Assembly (NCBI GenBank): GCA_965612795.1
Contig: CBFDTI010000041.1
Coordinates: forward strand, 1 to 11,370
DNA length: 11,370 nt
Direction of reading: 5' to 3'
Source of the DNA: an uncultured bacterium
Lineage (GTDB): Bacteria; Hydrothermota; UBA3073; NMUJ01
Shown: piece by piece, positions 1 through 6,543 of the stretch
Numbering within the stretch: position 1 is the stretch's first letter
Layout of the letters: each line of letters opens with the position of its first letter
Notes under the pieces: generated by a model
What the model saw: the letters and a program-made list of their open reading frames with translations, nothing else
Database searches by the model: none
Told to the model about the DNA's origin: nothing
Translations under genes and position numbers: made by a program

Positions 1-647
1 AGTGTGAATGTATCGATGATCTCATCCTGTTCACGTGGATGCCGTATACCTATTTTCCAGCTACCGATTACACCTATTTCGCCACCACCGTTCACCAATG
101 CTTTCCTTACCCCCATATCTTTAAGCACTTTGATGGCGGACTCAACTGCATAACCCTTAGCAAGACCGCCTAAATCTATACCGTAGCCTTCGGGTATTAC
201 CAAAGTGTCGTGACGAAACTCTATCTTCCTGTAATCCACCTTTTGCAATGCAGCCAAGATTTCGCTCTCTGTTGGTACATATCTATCATGGAAGAAATGC
301 CAACACTTCATCACCGGATATATTGTGACATCGAACGCACCACCGCTCAGATTACCTATTTTGATACCAACTTCCAGCATCTCCTTCAGTTCCCTCGAAA
401 CCTGCACCCGGTGGCCACTGTTTATTTTTGCGAGCTCACCGTTGCCGAACACATTAGCTATTGAGTCGATGTGTGAGATCACGGCAAAAACTCTGTTAAA
501 TGCACGTTTTGGATACACATGTGATACAATTTTAACTTCCCATAAGGTGTCCATATAAAATGCGGAACGTTCAAATTCTTTCGCCCTCACGAAGTATAGG
601 AGGATTAAGATTGCTACGAATAGCCCACTATATATGTAGCGACGCAT
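1..647 (-). CDS. apbE: FAD:protein FMN transferase (ApbE family), 3' end truncated by window edge
   Basis: Manually translated; not in ORF track. ATG at 647 gives MRRYIYSGLFVAILILLYFVRAKEFERSAFYMDTLWEVKI..., an N-terminal membrane anchor/signal followed by ApbE motifs GAFDVTI and GIDLGGLAKGYAVE...ALVNGGGEI...WKIGIRHPR. The frame stays open to the edge (215 codons) and overlaps the upstream gene by 20 nt. Confidence 0.92.
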   Translation of the reverse strand, partial: MRRYIYSGLFVAILILLYFVRAKEFERSAFYMDTLWEVKIVSHVYPKRAFNRVFAVISHIDSIANVFGNGELAKINSGHRVQVSRELKEMLEVGIKIGNLSGGAFDVTIYPVMKCWHFFHDRYVPTESEILAALQKVDYRKIEFRHDTLVIPEGYGIDLGGLAKGYAVESAIKVLKDMGVRKALVNGGGEIGVIGSWKIGIRHPREQDEIIDTFT

Positions 648-1704
648 AAAGCTTACGTTTACCTTCAACGATCTTTTTGCCAAACTTACCTGCACGAAAC
701 TCCTGTAGCTCTTTCTGTGTGGTTTCAACTAACTTCTGTGCATATTTATTCTCTTTTATGCTATTGGCTGCATCTGCAGCCGCTATTTTACCTTCAAGTA
801 ATGCAGAGACAGCCTCTTCGACACCAGCAGCATCACCTGCCACGTATAACCCAGATACCGAGGTCTCGAGGTTTGGCTTGTGCCAGGGTAACCACCCACC
901 CAACTCCGGTATATATACGATTTTGGCACCCGCCTGTGCTGCCAGTTCGTATGAAGGCGCTAACCCAACCGCCAGGCACACAAAATCCACATTTAATTCT
1001 TTCTCGCTACCTGAGATGGGTTCCCAATGTGCATCTAATTTAGTGATCACCGCTGCCTCCACCTTATTGTTACCTATTGCTGCTTTGATCGTATGTCGCA
1101 AAAGTATCGGTATGCCTAACCGCTTCACTTTAGCTGCATGTACTTCATAGCCACCTATGTGATCCATCGCCTCCAGTATGGCAACCACTTCTACACCTGC
1201 TTGCATTAACTGATAGCTCACAATCAACCCTATATTACCTGCTCCCACCATAAGTGCACGCTTACCAGGTAATACACCATAGACATTAACTAACGTCTGT
1301 ACTGCACCTGCGCCATACACACCAGGTAGATCATTATTTACAAACGATAGCATGTTCTCGCGTGCACCTGTTGCTATGATTATCTTTTTGGGATGCACAA
1401 CGCGCAAATCTTCCTCACTGGCTATAGCTACACCATCTTCGTATATACCGATGACGGTACTTTCTAAGTACTTGGTGATACCGAGTTTGTTTACCCTATC
1501 CTCGAGTATTTCTGCGATATCGATCCCACGTATACCACAGTAGTTGCTTTCGGAGCCAAAAAACTTATGTGTCTGCTTGATAAGCTGGCCACCTAACCTG
1601 GGGTTCTCATCTACGATGATCACGGAATGATCGAGTTCCGCCGCAGTGATGGCTGCGCTCAAACCAGCCGGCCCGCCACCTATCACAAGTACATCAATTT
1701 CCAT
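628..1704 (-). CDS. FAD/NAD(P)-dependent oxidoreductase (pyridine nucleotide-disulfide family; L-proline dehydrogenase/sarcosine oxidase alpha-subunit-like, HcnB-like)
   Basis: FAD motif DVLVIGGGPAGLSAA, LGGQLIKQTHKFFG, ATGARE...NDLPGVYGAGA, second Rossmann motif VGAGNIGL, and SGLYVAGDAAG. ATG 1704 (MEIDVL) is preferred over GTG 1713 because AAGGT lies about 7 nt upstream and the Rossmann fold begins immediately. Confidence 0.88.
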   Translation of the reverse strand: MEIDVLVIGGGPAGLSAAITAAELDHSVIIVDENPRLGGQLIKQTHKFFGSESNYCGIRGIDIAEILEDRVNKLGITKYLESTVIGIYEDGVAIASEEDLRVVHPKKIIIATGARENMLSFVNNDLPGVYGAGAVQTLVNVYGVLPGKRALMVGAGNIGLIVSYQLMQAGVEVVAILEAMDHIGGYEVHAAKVKRLGIPILLRHTIKAAIGNNKVEAAVITKLDAHWEPISGSEKELNVDFVCLAVGLAPSYELAAQAGAKIVYIPELGGWLPWHKPNLETSVSGLYVAGDAAGVEEAVSALLEGKIAAADAANSIKENKYAQKLVETTQKELQEFRAGKFGKKIVEGKRKLYASLHI

Positions 1705-2005
1705 CGAGTACACCTTTACCTTTCTGACGTCTAATCCTCATGCCATCACGTACACGTACCATACACGCCATCTGATTGGGTTTACCATCTATTTCCATCA
1801 AACATGACGAACATTTACCTATCGCACAGAATAATCCACGTGCACGTTTATGCCGTGGACTATATCTGAATACATAAATGCCAGCTGCTATCAACGCAGC
1901 TGCTACGGATTCACCCTCGTACGCCTCAATAGGCTTACCCTCAAAATATATTGTGACCTTTTTGCCACGCTTAAACTTAATTATGGGGTGTTCCGTTATT
2001 CGCAT
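1694..2005 (-). CDS. (2Fe-2S)-binding protein (Fer2_4-type; HcnA-like/sarcosine oxidase alpha N-terminal-like)
   Basis: AYEGESVAAALIAAG followed by RGLFCAIGKCSSCLMEIDGKPNQMACM (C-x4-C-x2-C-x11-C); overlaps the oxidoreductase gene, its usual partner. Confidence 0.9.
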   Translation of the reverse strand: MRITEHPIIKFKRGKKVTIYFEGKPIEAYEGESVAAALIAAGIYVFRYSPRHKRARGLFCAIGKCSSCLMEIDGKPNQMACMVRVRDGMRIRRQKGKGVLDGN

Positions 2006-2438
2006 CTTCTATACCTAGCATTTTCTTGATATTCTCGTAATGTGTACCTTTCCAGTAATAGCGGCCGCAACCTGGGCAGTAAGCAAACTCGTCATGTACT
2101 TCATAAACATGGTATGGTACCTTACCACGTACTTCCGTCTTGGATACCTCAACTAACTCCGTGTTGCAGATTGAACACCTGGTGAATGGATTAATATCAA
2201 GTGGAAACGCTTTTTTGACTTCCTCAAGCTGTTCACGCCAATCCTGGCTCTTGATAACGAATATGGATGGATGGTGTGGCAGCTTATGGCTACGTGTAAG
2301 GATGACACGCCCCTCTTCTAGCGCCATTTTGAGCATACCATTACGGTCAGTTGGTTTTACATATATCACGTCCTGGCCCAATAATCGTAACACTCTCGCA
2401 AGCTTACCCAACATAAAATCTGCAATGAATCGCATCAC
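1977..2438 (-). CDS. Mut7-C RNase domain protein (DUF82; PIN-like fold with Zn ribbon)
   Basis: RFIADFMLGKLARVLRLLGQD, RVILTRS, FTRCSICNTEL and FAYCPGCGRYYWKGTHY are the family signature. Start is GTG 2438 or ATG 2435, both overlapping the serS stop codon. Confidence 0.9.
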   Translation of the reverse strand: MMRFIADFMLGKLARVLRLLGQDVIYVKPTDRNGMLKMALEEGRVILTRSHKLPHHPSIFVIKSQDWREQLEEVKKAFPLDINPFTRCSICNTELVEVSKTEVRGKVPYHVYEVHDEFAYCPGCGRYYWKGTHYENIKKMLGIEDANNGTPHN

Positions 2439-3685
2439 GGTATACGTTCCCTACCATCCATATATGGACGTAACACTTCTGGTATTGTAAGGCTACCATC
2501 TGCATTTTGATAAGTTTCAAGTATCGCTATAAACGTACGTGGGGTGGCTACCCCCGATGCATTCAATGTATGTACATAGTCTGTACGATGTTTGGTACGA
2601 AACTTAATCTTAGCACGTCGTGCTTGAAATGCTTCACAGTTGCTGACAGATGAAACTTCCAACCACTCCTTGGATACTGGTGCCCATACCTCTATGTCAT
2701 AGGTTTTTGCAGCCGCAAACCCCAATTCATATATGGGTAGGAGTACCACACGATATCTAAGGCCGAGCGACTTGATAACCTCTTCCGCCTCGTTGAGCAG
2801 AAACTCAAGTTCCTGATAGGAACGTTCGGGATGTGCGAACGAGAATAGCTCTACTTTGTTGAATTGATGTACACGTTTGAGCCCACGCGTGCCCTTGCCG
2901 TAACTGCCGGCCTCACGTCGGAAACATGCAGTATACGCCACATAACGTAGGGGGAGCTTCTCCTCTGGTAGTATCTCTTCACGATGCAGATTGGCTACTG
3001 TTACCTCAGCGGTGGGATTGAGGAAGAAATCTTCGCGCTCAATATGATACATATCATCTTCGAGTTTCGGCAACTGTCCCGTACCTATCATGCTCTGACG
3101 GTTGGCTACAAACGGCGTGAATACTTCCTTAAAGCCACGCTTAACGTGGAAATCCAACATGTAATTTAAGAGTGCACGTTCGAGCCTCGCACCCCACCCT
3201 ACGTACAATGGGAAGTTAGAGCCTGCAACTTTGGCACCTCTAACGAAATCGACCATACCCAACTGTTCAGCAAACGTGAAATGATCTAATCCCTCAAATT
3301 TGTGTTCACGAAACCCGCCCACCTCACGCAGTGTCTTAGGTTCATCTAAAGGTACTGATGCATGTACCGTATTGGGTATCCACAACAATAGTTGCATAAA
3401 TTCAGCTTCTATCGAGCGTAGCTGTTGCTCCAGCTTATCTATTTCATCTGATAGCTGACGAGCTGCTTCAATAAGCTTTGGGTCGTCCCTACCTTCACGT
3501 TTGAGCTTACCTATTTCACGTGTGAGTTGGTTCAACTCGGCTCGCTTTGTGTCACACTCTCTTACAAGTTGGCGACGCTGATTGTCTAGCTCCTTTAATT
3601 TGTCGATATCGACGGATTCGCCCCGTAATTCAACAATATGCTTAACTTTATCCCAATTCGTACGTAGATACTTTAAATCGAGCAT
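2435..3685 (-). CDS. serS: Serine--tRNA ligase (bacterial-type, class II)
   Basis: MLDLKYLR N-terminus plus coiled-coil arm, GTGQLPK, LNPTAEV, motif 2 CFRREAGSYGKGTRGLKRVHQFNKVE, KTYDIEVW, EVSSVSNCEAFQARR, motif 3 HTLNASGVATPR, and IPEVLRPYM. Confidence 0.98.
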   Translation of the reverse strand: MLDLKYLRTNWDKVKHIVELRGESVDIDKLKELDNQRRQLVRECDTKRAELNQLTREIGKLKREGRDDPKLIEAARQLSDEIDKLEQQLRSIEAEFMQLLLWIPNTVHASVPLDEPKTLREVGGFREHKFEGLDHFTFAEQLGMVDFVRGAKVAGSNFPLYVGWGARLERALLNYMLDFHVKRGFKEVFTPFVANRQSMIGTGQLPKLEDDMYHIEREDFFLNPTAEVTVANLHREEILPEEKLPLRYVAYTACFRREAGSYGKGTRGLKRVHQFNKVELFSFAHPERSYQELEFLLNEAEEVIKSLGLRYRVVLLPIYELGFAAAKTYDIEVWAPVSKEWLEVSSVSNCEAFQARRAKIKFRTKHRTDYVHTLNASGVATPRTFIAILETYQNADGSLTIPEVLRPYMDGRERIP

Positions 3686-3691
3686 CTCTTA

Positions 3692-3718
3692 AAAATAAAA
3701 GCATTAGAAACAGGTCAA
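3692..3718 (-). promoter_or_regulatory. Candidate sigma70-type promoter for the serS operon (possibly leaderless transcript)
   Basis: Minus strand TTGACC (3718-3713), 15-nt spacer, TATTTT (3697-3692), then 6 nt to the serS ATG. No strong Shine-Dalgarno. The spacer is shorter than the usual 17 nt. Confidence 0.4.
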
Positions 3719-3737
3719 TCTATACAGTTACGTTCAC

Positions 3738-3764
3738 TTGACATCTACATTTAGATGGTAATTT
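3738..3764 (+). promoter_or_regulatory. Candidate sigma70-type promoter for the tRNA/TonB-receptor operon
   Basis: Perfect TTGACA (3738-3743), 15-nt spacer, extended -10 TGgTAATTT (TG 3756-3757; TAATTT 3759-3764), ending 27 nt upstream of the tRNA. Confidence 0.45.
3742..3757. repeat. Inverted repeat CATCTA-N4-TAGATG, candidate operator
   Basis: Perfect 6-bp arms at 3742-3747 and 3752-3757, filling the spacer of the candidate plus-strand promoter. Confidence 0.45.
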
Positions 3765-3791
3765 TTAATTTGACAAGCCATAATGTAATCT

Positions 3792-3863
3792 GGCAGGGTG
3801 GAGCAGCGGAAGCTCGCCGGGCTCATAACCCGGAGGTCGGTGGTTCGAATCCACCCCCTGCCC
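3792..3863 (+). tRNA. tRNA-Met (CAT), initiator-type body with atypical acceptor end; CCA not encoded
   Basis: Full cloverleaf: acceptor GGCAGGG/CCCTGCC (3792-3798/3856-3862), D stem GAGC/GCTC, anticodon stem CCGGG/CCCGG with loop CTCATAA (CAT 3824-3826), variable region AGGTC, T arm GGTGG-TTCGAAT-CCACC. Confidence 0.96.
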
Positions 3864-3877
3864 AGCCGATCACGAAC

Positions 3878-3887
3878 AGGAGGGAGG
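3878..3887 (+). promoter_or_regulatory. Shine-Dalgarno sequence of the TonB-dependent receptor
   Basis: AGGAGGGAGG ending 4 nt before ATG 3892. Confidence 0.8.
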
Positions 3888-3891
3888 CACC

Positions 3892-6534
3892 ATGTTAAGG
3901 TCTAAGTTTATAGTTCTCATCTTTTTAATAATTCCCACCCTCCTCTTTGCTGGTGTTTATGGTAAAATTGCCGGTAGAGTAGTAGACAAGGAGACAGGTA
4001 AGCCGCTGGAAAACGTCAACGTGTACATACCCGGTACCGCTTATGGAGCGGCTACGGATAAACATGGTGAATATTTCATATTGAAAGTACCACCGGGTGA
4101 ATACACTGTACGTGCCGAACGGATAGGTTATCGTCCAGTGGATGTTAAAGGTATAATTGTAAGGACGGACCTCACCACGCGGGTAGATTTTGCACTCGAA
4201 CCGACAGCCATTGAAGTACCCGGTATAACAGTGATAGCTGAACGTCCGCTTATACAACCAGATGTCACCGCCTCTGTACGATACGCATCACGAAAGGAGA
4301 TTACCACAACACCGAAGGTGGAATCGTTCGAAGACGTTGTCGCTTTGCAACCGGGTGCTGTAGGTAGAGGTAGGGCTATCCATATAAGAGGCGGTAGGAG
4401 TGGCGAGATCCTGTATATGGTAGACGGTATTCCTATAAGGCATCCCATATATGGTGGTACGGCGGCGTTCGATCTGGACGTAATATCCATACAGGAGATT
4501 GAAATGCTCACGGGTGGGTTCAATGCCGAATATGGGCAAGCACAATCCGCAGTGGTTAACATAGTGACACGTGAGGGTGGGCCCAAGCTGTCAGGTGAGC
4601 TGATATACAAAAGCGATAACCTTGCACCTCAACGGTATTCGTTCAACACAGACTATGGAGCTGTATCATTTGGTGGTCCCCTACCAGTACTTGATCGTAT
4701 TGTACCGGGTGATCTCAGATTCTTTATCTCAAGTAATTTTAAGCTCACCGATACGTATTACAATAATCATCGTACAAGAGAGAAAATCGAAATATTACCC
4801 GGTATATTCGAGATCACCGAACGTCAGGAGAATAAGGCTGCCTTAAACCTCAAACTTACATATCAACCTACCAAGGCATACAAATTTGCCTTTGGATATA
4901 GGAGAGCGAGTGAACGTTGGAGTAGGTTCGATTGGTATTGGAAGAATATGCCAGATTCATTACCCATAAGTCATAGGTTTAATGAGCATGCCACTTTTTC
5001 GTTCATCCATACGGTGTCGCCTAAGACATTCTACACATTACATCTGGGTTACTTGAAGACACGTTACTACTCGTGGTTACACACACCGCCTGAATTTTGG
5101 CATATGGAGATAACCCCTGAAGGTGATACAATCTACAGATCAACCCCATGGGGTTGGGATACTGATGGTGATGGATTTTGTGACTTAGGTGCCGATTCAC
5201 GATACAGGGACGATACTTCTTACGTATATACGTTGAAGTATGACATCACGTCACAGATACATCGGCGACACTTGGTAAAATCCGGTATAGAGATCAACTA
5301 CCACGATGTGAATTTCATCGATATCCAGTACCCTGGCTCCTTCCGTTACCCTGGTCGTGACACCGTACCAGGACCGTATCCAGAGTATGGGCTATACCGA
5401 TGGTGTTTCGAGGGCTATCCCATCAAGGGGGCTGCCTACATACAGGATAAGATGGAATTTGAAGGCCTTATAGTAAATGTGGGGTTAAGGGTTGACTATT
5501 TCACACCGGGTGAAACCGTAACCCAGCCCGATTATCTGAGACAATGGCAGGCCATCACCCAGCTACCGCTTGAAGTCAAACGTCACAGGTTACAGATAAG
5601 TCCACGGCTGGGTATATCACACCCTATAAGTGACAAAACCGTCATATACTTTGCTTATGGGCATTTCAGCCAGATACCTGAGTTACAGTTCTTCTATCGT
5701 GACCCCTGGACCGGTACATGGGTAGGTAACCCTAACCTAAAGCCTGAAGTTACAGTAGCTTATGAAGTTGGTATCTCACACAAGATAATGAGAGATATGG
5801 CTGTGGATTTCAAACTGTTCATGAAGGATATATCCGATTATGTAGGACTCGTGAAAACGGGCGAACCTCCGGTATGGGTATGGATTAATAAAGGTTACGG
5901 GCGCGCAAAGGGACTTGAGATACATCTACGTAAACGATACTCGAGGTTCACCTCAGGTAGTATAGCGTATACCTTACAATGGGCTAATGGTTATGCATCA
6001 AGTGCATTCATGGAATGCTATAGGGTGTGGAGTGGTATGACCCTACCGATACGTGAACGGCCACTGGATTGGGACCAACGTCACTCAATCGTTATGATAG
6101 CCAATGTTGAGGTTCCAAAAGGTAAACATCCAGTGTTATTTGGTAAGAAGTTGCCGGATGATTGGTTAATAAGCATACTCTGGAGGTTTGGCTCGGGTCT
6201 ACCTTATACACCTGGTGGTAAAGATCCGCAGATATACGAAAATACTGCACATGCACCGTATACGAGTACGGTCGATCTTAAAATGGAGAAAGGACTTAAT
6301 ATTGGCAACCTCGATATAGTACTTTTCACGGAGATATCGAATCTACTTGACAATCAGAATGTAACCCATTTATGGTGCGGGTTCAACACATGGACGGGTG
6401 AACCTTACAAATATGGGGATGCTAATGAAGCATATCGTCAAATCTATAGCTGGAAACAGATATACGCCATGAGGAACCCATATGTATTCGATCCTGGCAG
6501 ACAGATTGAGTTGGGCATTAGAATAAAATGGTAA
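3892..6534 (+). CDS. TonB-dependent outer-membrane receptor with N-terminal carboxypeptidase-regulatory-like domain
   Basis: Signal peptide; GKIAGRVVDKETGKPLENVNV...GAATDKHGEYFI...PGEYTVRAERIGY domain; TonB-box-like ITVIAE; plug motifs HIRGGRSGEILYMVDGIPI and LTGGFNAEYGQAQSAVVNIVTREG; barrel motifs ISPRLGISHPIS and GNPNLKPEVTVAYEVG; C-terminal aromatic strand GIRIKW. Confidence 0.95.
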   Translation: MLRSKFIVLIFLIIPTLLFAGVYGKIAGRVVDKETGKPLENVNVYIPGTAYGAATDKHGEYFILKVPPGEYTVRAERIGYRPVDVKGIIVRTDLTTRVDFALEPTAIEVPGITVIAERPLIQPDVTASVRYASRKEITTTPKVESFEDVVALQPGAVGRGRAIHIRGGRSGEILYMVDGIPIRHPIYGGTAAFDLDVISIQEIEMLTGGFNAEYGQAQSAVVNIVTREGGPKLSGELIYKSDNLAPQRYSFNTDYGAVSFGGPLPVLDRIVPGDLRFFISSNFKLTDTYYNNHRTREKIEILPGIFEITERQENKAALNLKLTYQPTKAYKFAFGYRRASERWSRFDWYWKNMPDSLPISHRFNEHATFSFIHTVSPKTFYTLHLGYLKTRYYSWLHTPPEFWHMEITPEGDTIYRSTPWGWDTDGDGFCDLGADSRYRDDTSYVYTLKYDITSQIHRRHLVKSGIEINYHDVNFIDIQYPGSFRYPGRDTVPGPYPEYGLYRWCFEGYPIKGAAYIQDKMEFEGLIVNVGLRVDYFTPGETVTQPDYLRQWQAITQLPLEVKRHRLQISPRLGISHPISDKTVIYFAYGHFSQIPELQFFYRDPWTGTWVGNPNLKPEVTVAYEVGISHKIMRDMAVDFKLFMKDISDYVGLVKTGEPPVWVWINKGYGRAKGLEIHLRKRYSRFTSGSIAYTLQWANGYASSAFMECYRVWSGMTLPIRERPLDWDQRHSIVMIANVEVPKGKHPVLFGKKLPDDWLISILWRFGSGLPYTPGGKDPQIYENTAHAPYTSTVDLKMEKGLNIGNLDIVLFTEISNLLDNQNVTHLWCGFNTWTGEPYKYGDANEAYRQIYSWKQIYAMRNPYVFDPGRQIELGIRIKW

Positions 6535-6543
6535 GGAGGTATT

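Noticed and set aside
1977..2438. Mut7-C as the toxin of a toxin-antitoxin or defence system
   Set aside because: There is no adjacent antitoxin-like gene, and it is embedded in a housekeeping operon.
210..3169. Plus-strand ORFs 210-464, 325-558, 677-1150, 717-1043, 1352-1543, 2140-2490, 2984-3169
   Set aside because: Antisense shadows of well-supported minus-strand genes, with no motifs or RBS.
3770..3784. Second TTGACA (3770-3775) and CATAAT (3779-3784) just upstream of the tRNA
   Set aside because: They are only 3 nt apart and cannot form one promoter. The matching -10 for this TTGACA would fall inside the tRNA, where none exists. CATAAT as a stand-alone -10 is possible but unsupported.
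3792..3863. Assignment as tRNA-Ile2 (lysidine CAT) or tRNA-His (because of C73)
   Set aside because: The D arm, A11:U24 and GGG/CCC anticodon stem are initiator-Met type. The anticodon is CAT and the -1 base is T, not G.
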